A DNA stretch of 46,097 bases, taken from assembly GCA_016207545.1 (NCBI GenBank), contig JACQPO010000140.1:1-46097 (forward strand), written 5' to 3'. The first letter of the stretch is position 1; the number at the start of each line of letters is the position of its first letter. This document shows positions 35,421-43,712 of this stretch, in pieces. The notes under the pieces were generated by a model. That model saw only the letters and a program-made list of their open reading frames with translations. It was not told the origin of the DNA and searched no databases. Made by a program: the position numbers and the translations under genes. The stretch comes from Methanobacteriota archaeon. Its GTDB lineage: Archaea > Thermoplasmatota > Thermoplasmata > RBG-16-68-12 > EA-27.

Positions 35421-36914
35421 ATGTTCTCCGACTTGGGCGCGGAGATTGAATCCGTGCGCGCGGCGGTCTCCGCGCGCTTTCCCGTCTACGACACCCGCGT
35501 CACGCCACAGGCCGTCGCGTTCCTCGTGAACGTCGACCCCGCCACGATGGAGAAGAAGTTCGACGACCTGCGCCTCGAGCTCGTGCCGAAGGACTACATC
35601 CCGTCCCTCACGAAACAAGGCGGGGAATACACCGTCCTCGTGCAGCGTCGGCCGTCACAACGGTTCGTCGGCTCCCACGTGAACCTCCTCCTCCTCATCG
35701 CGACGATCATCACGACGACGTTCGCGGGCGCCCTGAACTGGGCAGGGTACGACGACATCGACTGGCTATCCCTCGATGCGTTCGCGAAGGGATCCTTGTT
35801 CTTCACCCTGCCCCTCATGGCGATCCTCGGCATCCACGAGATGGGACACTACGTGATCGCGCAGCGCTACCGCGTCCACGCGTCCCTCCCGTTCTTCATC
35901 CCGGCTCCCGCGACGTTCCTCGGCACGTTCGGCGCGATGATCAGCATGCGCGACCCGATCCCGAGCCGGAAGGCGCTCATCGACATCGGCGCCGCGGGCC
36001 CGATCCTCGGCCTCATCACCGCGATCCCCGTGACGATCCTCGGGTTGGTCCTCATGCAAGTCGACCCGCGGCCTGCGCCGCTCAACTCGGGCGGGGGCTT
36101 GGAGGTCGAACTTCCGTTCCTCTACCAGCTCCTGTCCTATTTCGTGCCCATCCCGAACAACGTCATCCTCCATCCGACGGCCTTTGCCGGCTGGGTCGGC
36201 CTGTTCGTGACGGCCCTCAACCTGATGCCCGCGGGACAGCTCGACGGGGGACACGTCGCCCGCGCGGTGCTCGGGGAAAACAGCCGGTACCTGAGCTACG
36301 CGGCGATCTTCGGCATGATCCTGCTCGGCTTCTGGTACTTCGGCTGGTTCATCATCGCGGTGTTCATCATGTTCATGGGCGCGCGGCATCCGCCGCCGCT
36401 CAACGACTTGACGAGACTCGACGGGAAGCGCCACGCGGTCGGCGCCCTCGCACTCGCCGTCCTCCTCCTTTCGTTCGTCGCCATCCCCGTGAACCTCATC
36501 GAGCCCATTGCGGACATCCAGTTCGAGTCCGAGAATGCCCCCGCCATCCCGGTGACGGAACTCAATGTGACGGCCGCCGTCGGCACTGCAACGAGCTACA
36601 CGTTCCGGATTGTCAACCTGGGGAACGTGGAAACCTGGATCAGCCTCAACCTGTCCACACCCAACTTCCCCGGCAATCTCAGCGTGGCGTTCGCCAACTT
36701 GTCGGTGGGCAATCGGTCAATCCAGGTCGGGGCGTCGGACGTGAACTTCACGCTTAATGCTACGGAGTCTGCGAACGTGACCTTGTCCGTTGACGCGACG
36801 AACTACTCCCTCGCCCCCGACGACAAGGTGTTCTTCGTCAAGGCGCGCGTGAAGGGGGAGGGCCTTCGGGCGTTCGACCAACCAGAACTGACGTTCCACC
36901 TGCACGTCGAATGA
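35421..36914 (+). CDS. M50-family site-2 protease with a C-terminal extracytoplasmic beta-sandwich-like, sequon-rich domain
   Basis: The HExxH motif is IHEMGHYVIAQ. The second motif is NLMPAGQLDGGHV. Multiple TM helices are present. The C-terminal ~150 aa carry many N-x-S/T sequons (NVT, NLS, NFT, NAT, NYS). Confidence 0.85.
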   Translation: MFSDLGAEIESVRAAVSARFPVYDTRVTPQAVAFLVNVDPATMEKKFDDLRLELVPKDYIPSLTKQGGEYTVLVQRRPSQRFVGSHVNLLLLIATIITTTFAGALNWAGYDDIDWLSLDAFAKGSLFFTLPLMAILGIHEMGHYVIAQRYRVHASLPFFIPAPATFLGTFGAMISMRDPIPSRKALIDIGAAGPILGLITAIPVTILGLVLMQVDPRPAPLNSGGGLEVELPFLYQLLSYFVPIPNNVILHPTAFAGWVGLFVTALNLMPAGQLDGGHVARAVLGENSRYLSYAAIFGMILLGFWYFGWFIIAVFIMFMGARHPPPLNDLTRLDGKRHAVGALALAVLLLSFVAIPVNLIEPIADIQFESENAPAIPVTELNVTAAVGTATSYTFRIVNLGNVETWISLNLSTPNFPGNLSVAFANLSVGNRSIQVGASDVNFTLNATESANVTLSVDATNYSLAPDDKVFFVKARVKGEGLRAFDQPELTFHLHVE

Positions 36915-37878
36915 CGACGAACGTGCGGGTCAGGCTCTTGTGGACGCGCAGCGAGTAGGACTCCACGAGTTCGAGGCCCTCCGTTGACTTCACCAGCTTG
37001 GGGTCGGGAACGATCATCGAGAGAAAGCGTCCGGGCTTCAGGACATCGCGTGCAACGGCCAAGGCGCGTGCGAACAGCGAACCGAGCGGCTCGCCCTTGG
37101 TCGTAGTCGCCCGTCCGTAGGGCGGGTCCGTGACGACCGCGTCCACGCGACCCACGTATTCGGGGACTTTGCCGATATCCATCGCCGCCAAGTCTGCAGT
37201 GAGTCCCCATCGTCCGAGGACCTCGCGACAGCCTTCAACCATATCCTCCCGGATGTCGCTGCCAATCACGCGCGCCCCGATGAGGCCTGCCTCCAGGAGG
37301 ACGCCGCCGGTTCCACAGAACGGGTCGAGTACGACGTCCCCCTCGCGCACCCGGCCGAGGTTCACGAGCGCACGGGCGAGCCGCGGGTGGAGGGAAATCG
37401 GGTAGAAGAAGGACCGCTCCTCCACCTTCCTCGACTCGTAGGCGCTCCGATCAATCGCCGCCAAGCGTCGGCATAAGTAATGCTGTTCGCCCTCGATGAG
37501 CCGGACCTCCTCGTCCGGATTTCGGAGATTGACCTCCCGTGCGACGATGAGATCGCCGATCTGTCGTTCGAGCTCCTGCTTGTTGTGGCACCCCTTGAAC
37601 GAGTTCACCCGGACGCGAAAAGTGCGGTCGGGGAACGAGAGGCCGCGCGCTGCAACGAGGACGGCGTCCAGAGGGCCCCATGCGAGGAGCTCGTCGACGT
37701 AGTGCGCGAGACCGAGGCGGCGGGCGAGCCATCCGGCGTCGACGTCCGTCTCCGCCGCGAGCAGGCGGTCTTCCGCGAGGAGGACCCGAAAAGGGCGACC
37801 GGACGCCTCGAGCGCCGCCAACGCCTCCGCGCGCGCGAGGGACGTCTGTTCCCCCGACAACTCGATCAGGATGCGCAC
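36838..37878 (-). CDS. THUMP-domain tRNA (guanine-N2)-methyltransferase, archaeal Trm-G10/Trm11-like
   Basis: (V)RILIELSGEQTSLARAEALAALEA... forms the N-terminal and THUMP part. SAM motif I is VLDPFCGTGGVLLEAG. The catalytic motif is VVTDPPYG. The start is set at GTG 37878. The 3' end overlaps the convergent M50 gene by 77 nt. Confidence 0.8.
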   Translation of the reverse strand: MRILIELSGEQTSLARAEALAALEASGRPFRVLLAEDRLLAAETDVDAGWLARRLGLAHYVDELLAWGPLDAVLVAARGLSFPDRTFRVRVNSFKGCHNKQELERQIGDLIVAREVNLRNPDEEVRLIEGEQHYLCRRLAAIDRSAYESRKVEERSFFYPISLHPRLARALVNLGRVREGDVVLDPFCGTGGVLLEAGLIGARVIGSDIREDMVEGCREVLGRWGLTADLAAMDIGKVPEYVGRVDAVVTDPPYGRATTTKGEPLGSLFARALAVARDVLKPGRFLSMIVPDPKLVKSTEGLELVESYSLRVHKSLTRTFVVIRRAGGTSVLVGRTPEGPPPSRAP

Positions 37879-37987
37879 GGGCGGCCATCGAGGCGGGAGG
37901 CTTTGATGGTTCCCTTCCGAGACGCCGAGGCGCCGCCCTTGATGACCACCGTTACACCTATAAAGTCTGCACTGCGTTGCGCGCACC

Positions 37988-38425
37988 GTGCTCCGGGTGC
38001 GACCATTCGCGCCGAACGACTTGGGCGCGGTCGTCGCAATCGTGAAAGAGGCGCTTCGCGAGAACTATCCGACGAGCTTGTACCTCGACATCCACAAGTG
38101 GTGGCGGGACGGATTCCTCGTCGCGGAGAACATGGGCACGGTCGTCGGCTTCTTGGCGTCGGTCATGATGGCGCCGGAGCAGTCCCGGATCCTCATGTTG
38201 GCGGTGTATCAGGCGTGGCGGCGGAGGGGTGTGGGCTCTGCGCTCATGGACGCGTTCCTTAACGAGTGTGCACTGCGCGGCGTGAAGTCCGTGGAGCTCG
38301 AGGTCCGCCGGAGAAACCAGGAAGCGATTCGGTTCTACACGCGGTACGGGTTCCAGATTGCGCACGTGCTTCCCAAGTTCTACACGGACGGGGAAGACGG
38401 GTTCAAGATGCGGCGGTTTCTCTAG
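37988..38425 (+). CDS. GNAT-family N-acetyltransferase (RimI-like)
   Basis: 145 aa. The acetyl-CoA motif is QAWRRRGVGSALM and the C-terminal part is ...NQEAIRFYTRYGFQ.... Confidence 0.85.
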   Translation: MLRVRPFAPNDLGAVVAIVKEALRENYPTSLYLDIHKWWRDGFLVAENMGTVVGFLASVMMAPEQSRILMLAVYQAWRRRGVGSALMDAFLNECALRGVKSVELEVRRRNQEAIRFYTRYGFQIAHVLPKFYTDGEDGFKMRRFL

Positions 38426-38447
38426 GTGACGCACACCGTATGGGCGC

Positions 38448-39188
38448 TCATACGCCGCCAAGGAGGAATGCGGCAACGGCGGTGGAGACCAACTGAATAG
38501 TCGAGTTGTCGAGCCCGCGCGGAGAGACCGCCTCGACGATCGTCACTCCGGCGGCGGTCGCCGCAGACGGAACGAGCGCGGCATTCCAAGGGAGGGACAG
38601 CGCAAAAACTGCCGCCACATGAACCGCGACGAAAGACACGAGGAGGATCGCGATGCTTCCCTCGACGGTGCGTCGCGCCGCGCCGAACAAACCTGCGACT
38701 CGGTACGGGTGCCGCCCAAATCGCACACCTACCGGTTCGCCGATTGCATCTCCCCATCCCGCCACGACGTAACCGACGACGGCGAGCGGGCCAAACCATA
38801 CGTTCCCAAGCAGGCCTCCGACTGCGGTCGCGAGGAACGGAATGAGAATGTAGAGCGAACGATGCGGCGCATCGTCCTCGCGGGCGACCCCTTCATACAG
38901 AACGTTGCCGCCATCCAACAAGATCGCGACGAGGACGTACAAGGTGGCGACGCCGCCGTAGACAAGCACAGCCTCGAGGCCGCCGAGGAACGCGGCCACG
39001 CCGGCGAACGTGAAGACAAGGAGGTGAAACAGCTTTCGCGTGTAATTCGTCTTGACTCTGAAACGAAGTTTCACGAACCCAGCAAGGAGCCCCGCCCCGA
39101 AGGCAACCGCGAATCCGAAGGCGGCGAACGGGAGAGCGAGCGAAGGATCGAACAACCGCTCGATCGAGACCACGGGCCCGAAGTCCAC
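38448..39188 (-). CDS. Polytopic membrane protein, dolichol/phytol kinase-like (CTP-dependent polyprenol kinase family)
   Basis: 246 aa with about 7 TM helices. The motif YTRKLFHLLVF and the C-terminal ...AGWGDAIGEPVGVRFGRH... resemble the COG0170 (SEC59) family. Judged from memory only. Confidence 0.5.
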   Translation of the reverse strand: MDFGPVVSIERLFDPSLALPFAAFGFAVAFGAGLLAGFVKLRFRVKTNYTRKLFHLLVFTFAGVAAFLGGLEAVLVYGGVATLYVLVAILLDGGNVLYEGVAREDDAPHRSLYILIPFLATAVGGLLGNVWFGPLAVVGYVVAGWGDAIGEPVGVRFGRHPYRVAGLFGAARRTVEGSIAILLVSFVAVHVAAVFALSLPWNAALVPSAATAAGVTIVEAVSPRGLDNSTIQLVSTAVAAFLLGGV

Positions 39189-39215
39189 TTCCGACTCAAG
39201 AATGCGACGCCCGGG

Positions 39216-40745
39216 TCACTGGTACCCGCGGCGGTCGTCGTACGGATGGTAGTTCCAGTAGTGGTACGGGGACATGCTCTTCTGGGACTCCGTGATGTCC
39301 GCGGCCTGGCCCGCGTAGTACGACCCGTACCGTTCCTTGATCTGCTGCTCCGCGCTCTTCGCGAGCCGAATTGCCTTCCGGATGTGGGATTCCTCGATCG
39401 CGGGGCTGGCCTCGATCACCGCCAAATCGCCCGCAGCGCGGATGAGGCCGCCGAGCTCCCGAAGCCGGAGCGTGAGGGCGTGGTCCTTGTTGTCGATGTC
39501 CTTCGCCCGCCGCCGAGCCTCCTCGATGATCGCCTTCACGGCCTCGCGGCTCGCATGCGGGATCCGCTTGTCTGTCGCGATCTCCTGCGCGACGAACTGG
39601 ACCATCCTCGCGCGGTTCCGGTCGCTGTCCTCCATCGTCGTCTCGACGAGAACCTCGTAACCGGAGCCGGTGATCCGCGAGCGGAGCGGGGACAAGATGT
39701 GCGGCAGGTCCTGGATGTTGCACGCGCCGACGAAGATGAAGTCGCACGGCACGCTGTCGACGCGCACCGCGGCGCCCGCGCTCTGTGGGTTTCGTCCGCT
39801 GATCGGGAACCGCTTCTCCTGCATCGCGGTCAAGATGTACCGCTGGAGGACGCCGAGCTGCGGAAGCTCGTCGATGAACAACACGCCCTGGTGGGCCTCG
39901 TGAATCGCGCCGGGCACGACGCGCTCGTACGGCGGCGTGCCGAGTTGCGGATGGCCCCCGTACGGGTCGTGCTTGACGTCCCCGAGCAGTTCCGTCTCGC
40001 TCGCGCCCGTCGCGAGGACGAACGGGTTCCGGTTGATCGGCACGAGCACCTTGCGCGGAGAGTCCTTTTCCATATCACGGCGCTTTTCGAGCGCCTTCTG
40101 GTCGAGGACTTTGATCATCTCCCCCGCCCGCTCGTAGACGACGACCTCCTCTTGGCCAAACCGCTTCCGCGTCGTCGTCACGCGGTTCCGCCCGCCGAGC
40201 TCGCCCATCGTGATCTCGAAGAACCCGCCGAGGAGGTCCCCGAACGGATTCCCGAGCGGTTGCTGCGCGGACGACTTCGGCCGCCCGCACTTCGGGCACA
40301 TCCGTTCCTTCGGCGACGAGTAGATGCCGCAGTGGACGCACTTGTACCCGAGCCGCTCTGCGACGTTGATCGGCGCCTCCCGCGGGTCGATCAGCTCCCC
40401 CTCCGCGCCCTCCCGCTCGATGCTTTCCTTGAGCACGTCGTCGCGTACCTTGACCTCGATCAGGGGCCGCTCCGGGTTCTCCGGGTTGTGGACGACGCGA
40501 ATCTCCTCGCTTGGCGGCGGCGAGTGGAGCGCGAGCGCCTGCGCGATCATGGACTTCCCCGTCCCGGGCGGACCCACGAGGAGGAAGTGGCGGCGCTGGG
40601 ACGCCGCGATCCGCGCGAGGTTGACGGCCTCGTCCTGTCCGACGACGCGCGCGAGGGGATCCGCTGGAATCGCGACGTCCGCCGTCGACTCGAGCTCCTC
40701 GAGCCCGAACCCCTTGTCCGCCTTGAGCAGTTCCTTCTCGCCGAT
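39216..40745 (-). CDS. LonB-like AAA+ ATPase lacking a protease domain, with a zinc-ribbon insertion; start codon unresolved
   Basis: Colinear with the LonB AAA+ module: VVGQDEAVNLARIAASQRRHFLLVGPPGTGKSM, GVLFIDELPQL, MQEKRFPISG, VPCDFIFVGACN, RSRITGSGYEVLV, LTLRLRELGGLIRAAGDLAV. CVHCG...CPKCG lies at about 40287-40340. The protein ends about 60 aa after the AAA+ lid. The 5' end is placed at ATC 40745 only as a placeholder (see findings). Confidence 0.75.
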   Translation of the reverse strand: MGEKELLKADKGFGLEELESTADVAIPADPLARVVGQDEAVNLARIAASQRRHFLLVGPPGTGKSMIAQALALHSPPPSEEIRVVHNPENPERPLIEVKVRDDVLKESIEREGAEGELIDPREAPINVAERLGYKCVHCGIYSSPKERMCPKCGRPKSSAQQPLGNPFGDLLGGFFEITMGELGGRNRVTTTRKRFGQEEVVVYERAGEMIKVLDQKALEKRRDMEKDSPRKVLVPINRNPFVLATGASETELLGDVKHDPYGGHPQLGTPPYERVVPGAIHEAHQGVLFIDELPQLGVLQRYILTAMQEKRFPISGRNPQSAGAAVRVDSVPCDFIFVGACNIQDLPHILSPLRSRITGSGYEVLVETTMEDSDRNRARMVQFVAQEIATDKRIPHASREAVKAIIEEARRRAKDIDNKDHALTLRLRELGGLIRAAGDLAVIEASPAIEESHIRKAIRLAKSAEQQIKERYGSYYAGQAADITESQKSMSPYHYWNYHPYDDRRGYQ

Positions 40746-40755
40746 GGTCGGTCCC

Positions 40756-42030
40756 TCACGCGAAGTCGTCGCGGGTCAGCACCTCGATGCCCGCGGGCTG
40801 TTTCGTCACGGTGCCCATCTTCGTCCCGATCACGGAGCGAATGCCGAGCTCCGACGCAATGTCGAGGATTCGTTGGGTGATGATGCCGTCGAACACGATC
40901 GCCTTCGCGCCCTTTCCGTTGTCCTTCAGGGTCTCGACGAGCTCCCGCACGGGGACCTCCGCGACCACGGCGTCGTCACCGCCGAGGATCTTCGCCTTCG
41001 AGGTGCCCCCAAGCCCGAGCAAGATGTCCCGGTACTTCTCGAGCTGGGGCGTCACAGGCCTCGGCGCACGGGCGGGCTCCGGCCGCGGCGCCATCCGCGC
41101 GGGCTCCATCGGCTCCGCCGCTTCGGACGCAGGTCGGGCCGGCGCCTCTGGCATTGGACCGCCGGGCGCCTCCTTCTCCGGGTGCTTGTACATCGCACCG
41201 AGTCCGTACATCTCCACATACTGCTCCGCGGGAATCTTGTTCCGCAAAGCCTTCATGATCTGCTTCTGCGTGAGCTCCTCGACCTCGCGCCCGCGCGGCG
41301 CGCGCGCGATGAAGTCGACTTCCGCGACCTGGAGCAACTCCTTGAGGATCAGGTCTCCGCCTCGGTCTCCGTCGAGGAACACGGTCACGACCTTCTCGCG
41401 GCTCAGATCCTGAATTGACTTCGGGACGTTCGTCCCCTCGACCGCGACCGCGTTCTTGATCCCGGACCGGAGGAGCGTGAGCACGTCCTGGCGGCCTTCC
41501 ACGATCACGATCGCGTCGCTGTCCTCCACGTTCGGGCCCGCGGGCAGGCGCTCGGAGCCGAAGCTCACGATCTCGGACACCTGGACGGAGGCGCGCACCT
41601 CGTCGAGGAGGTCCGTGCCCGTCGCCTTGGAACCCTCGAGCATCTGGCCGAGGAGCTGCTTCGCGCGCTCGATGATCTTGTTCCGCTTCGTCACCCGGAC
41701 GTCCTCGACCTTTTCGACCTTGATCTGGGCCTTGCACGGCCCGACGCGGTCGATCGTTTCGAGCGCGGCCGCGAGGATCGAGGTCTCGACTTGGTCGAGG
41801 CTCGACGGGATGAAAATCGCCCCACTGCTGCGGCCCTTCTTGCTGTCTACCTCAACTTCGATTCGGCCGATCCGTCCGCTCTTCTGCAAGTCCCGGAGGT
41901 CGAGCTCCTCGCCGAGCAGACCCTCCGTCTGCCCGAAGATTGCGCCGACAACGTCCGGCTTTTCCACGATCCCGTCCGCTTCGAGACGGGCTTGTATCAA
42001 GTACTTCATCGCACTCGGGTCAATGGTCAT
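40756..42030 (-). CDS. dnaG: Archaeal DnaG-type primase (Toprim), exosome-associated family
   Basis: MTIDPSAMKYLIQARLEADGIVEKPDVVGAIFGQTEGLLGEELDLRDLQKSGRIGRIEV is the typical archaeal DnaG N-terminus. The Toprim segment reads IVIVEGRQDVLTLL...FLDGDRGGDLI. The start is set at ATG 42030, giving 424 aa. The ORF-track start at 42837 is an extension. Confidence 0.9.
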   Translation of the reverse strand: MTIDPSAMKYLIQARLEADGIVEKPDVVGAIFGQTEGLLGEELDLRDLQKSGRIGRIEVEVDSKKGRSSGAIFIPSSLDQVETSILAAALETIDRVGPCKAQIKVEKVEDVRVTKRNKIIERAKQLLGQMLEGSKATGTDLLDEVRASVQVSEIVSFGSERLPAGPNVEDSDAIVIVEGRQDVLTLLRSGIKNAVAVEGTNVPKSIQDLSREKVVTVFLDGDRGGDLILKELLQVAEVDFIARAPRGREVEELTQKQIMKALRNKIPAEQYVEMYGLGAMYKHPEKEAPGGPMPEAPARPASEAAEPMEPARMAPRPEPARAPRPVTPQLEKYRDILLGLGGTSKAKILGGDDAVVAEVPVRELVETLKDNGKGAKAIVFDGIITQRILDIASELGIRSVIGTKMGTVTKQPAGIEVLTRDDFA

Positions 42031-42182
42031 ACGATCGCCTCGGAAACCGCCTAGGACCCGCGCCCCTTCCAGGGGCCCACCGCCGAGGACGCGTCCGCGG
42101 GACACCCCCGGAACGGCTGATCGGAAGGACAGGAAATGGTGAGGGCGAAGGCTGCTTTCCGCGTGTGCACACCGGTCGACTC

Positions 42183-42190
42183 TATATAAA
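42183..42190 (-). promoter_or_regulatory. Consensus archaeal TATA box (TTTATATA on the minus strand), about 150 nt upstream of the dnaG ATG
   Basis: Plus-strand TATATAAA at 42183-42190 reads cggaaccTTTATATAgag on the minus strand. It is the only AT-rich element between the Toprim gene and dnaG. Confidence 0.45.
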
Positions 42191-42227
42191 GGTTCCGTGG
42201 TCGTTCGCGTGCGACGACGTAACGCGG

Positions 42228-42701
42228 CTACCGCCGGCGGCTCCGGTCCGCGTACCACGCGCGGTTCGCCCGCACCCGGCGTCGCCCGTCGTCCCCGCGG
42301 GGCCGCAGGTTCTCCATGTACCGATGCAAGTCTTCGACGGCCTTGATTTCCTTGCCGCACAAGAACGCAATCTGTGCGCGCAAGTCGTCGTCGTACCGCA
42401 CGCCGTTCGCCGCCAGGCCGTCCCGCAGCTGCCGCGCGAGCTTGCCGCCACGCGCGTCCCAATCCGTGAGGATGAGGACCTCGCGGTGCTCCGCCGCCAA
42501 CCGCTCGCACAGGTGGAAGACGCTCACCCCCCGGTGGACGGTCACGATCGTCCCCGTGAGTCCCAGCGTGCGCAACGCGCGGACGTCCCGCTCCCCTTCC
42601 ACGACGACGGGCACCTCCTCGTTCTTTTCCGCGAGGCGGGCGACGACGCGCCGCAGTTCCTCGTACCGCTCCTCCGGGTTCATCGGCCGCCTTCGGCGCA
42701 A
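42228..42701 (-). CDS. Small Toprim-domain protein (primase-like / RNase M5-like, COG1658-type)
   Basis: ...VPVVVEGERDVRALRTLGL...LILTDWDARGGKLARQL shows the Toprim E and DxD motifs. An alternative start is ATG 42683 (MNPEERYEEL). Confidence 0.75.
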   Translation of the reverse strand: MRRRRPMNPEERYEELRRVVARLAEKNEEVPVVVEGERDVRALRTLGLTGTIVTVHRGVSVFHLCERLAAEHREVLILTDWDARGGKLARQLRDGLAANGVRYDDDLRAQIAFLCGKEIKAVEDLHRYMENLRPRGDDGRRRVRANRAWYADRSRRR

Positions 42702-42769
42702 GGAGCCGTGCCGCTTCCATAAACGTTTCTTTGGGCAATGTCAAATAACGGCGGGCGGATACCGTCGCG

Positions 42770-43381
42770 ATGGCGAGGGAGGAGGACGTCTCCTTCGAAC
42801 GAATCACGCGCGTGTACCGCGACGAGAGCCAACGCAAGACCCTCGCCCCGCTCGAGCCCGATTTCTATGAGAAGGTGAACCGCTACCTCACGCGCCTCGA
42901 GGCGGATTTGGCCGCGGAACGGGGGAAGGACCCGAACGCGAAGGGCGCGGTGCTTCTCCAGGACGAGCTGCGCAAGGCGCTCCAGAAGCGCGAGCAGGTC
43001 CTCCACTACCGGGAGCGGAAGATCGCGCTCCTCGCAATCCAGCAGGCGGGCGGTGGGGAGGCCGACGTCCGCGGGCTCGCACGCCCCGAGCAGGAGCTCC
43101 TGCGGCGCCTCGTCGACGTCCTGCGCGCGCACCGCGCGGAGGCGACGGGGCTCGCACCGGATCCGACGCAGGCGGCCGCGCCCGCAACGTCCGCGGCGGA
43201 ACCCCCCGCGGCAGCGGCGCCGAAGGGCGTGCTTCTCCATATCCTCGAGGACGTCCCCCCGTTCGCGGGGCCCGACGGCACGTACCGGTTGCGCAAGGAG
43301 GACCTCGTCACCTTGCCGCCGCCGCTCGCGAAGGTCCTCGTCGAGCGCGGCAAGGCGCGGGTCGTAAACGCGACGCCCTGA
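42770..43381 (+). CDS. gins51: GINS complex subunit, Gins51 (Sld5/Psf1-like) type
   Basis: The N-terminal A-domain pattern is ...LEPDFYEKVNRYL...LQDELRKALQKREQVLHYRERKIALLA. An Ala/Pro linker follows. The C-terminal B-domain is ...YRLRKEDLVTLPPPLAKVLVERGKARVV. It compares well with Thermococcus Gins51 as I remember it. Confidence 0.75.
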   Translation: MAREEDVSFERITRVYRDESQRKTLAPLEPDFYEKVNRYLTRLEADLAAERGKDPNAKGAVLLQDELRKALQKREQVLHYRERKIALLAIQQAGGGEADVRGLARPEQELLRRLVDVLRAHRAEATGLAPDPTQAAAPATSAAEPPAAAAPKGVLLHILEDVPPFAGPDGTYRLRKEDLVTLPPPLAKVLVERGKARVVNATP

Positions 43382-43704
43382 GTCCCGCGGAAGGCTTTTC
43401 TCATCCACGGACCATCAACCCAGGGAAGCACGGTAATAGTACCGACCCCCATAGGACTCGAGCACTGGCGGCGACATGCCTGGCACGCCGAAATCGCGGG
43501 GGTCGTCCTCCTGTTCGTCGGATCCGCACTCGGTTTCGGGATGAGGGCATCGCTCAGAGTTCTCGGGGGACTCGTGACCATGTCCCTCATTTCGCGGGCC
43601 TCATTCTCATTTCCGCGGCCCTCGTGGGCTTCTTCGTCCACGGCTGGTACCGTCGCGCCTACGCATGAAGTCGGGTTACGTCCACGGGAAGCGGAAAAGC
43701 AACG

Positions 43705-43712
43705 ATTAAATA
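43705..43712 (+). promoter_or_regulatory. TATA-like box (ATTAAATA), candidate 23S rRNA promoter
   Basis: This is the only AT-rich box in the ~530-bp spacer upstream of the 23S 5' end, about 200 nt upstream of mature-like sequence. Confidence 0.3.

Noticed and set aside
43470-43670. Possible small 2-TM protein upstream of the 23S gene (…EIAGVVLLFVGSALGFG… then, in another frame, …HFAGLILISAALVGFFVHGWYRRAYA)
   Set aside because: It needs a frameshift to join the two hydrophobic segments. Neither frame has a convincing start or RBS. ORF 43541-43837 in the track has a non-protein-like composition. It may be a decayed gene remnant.
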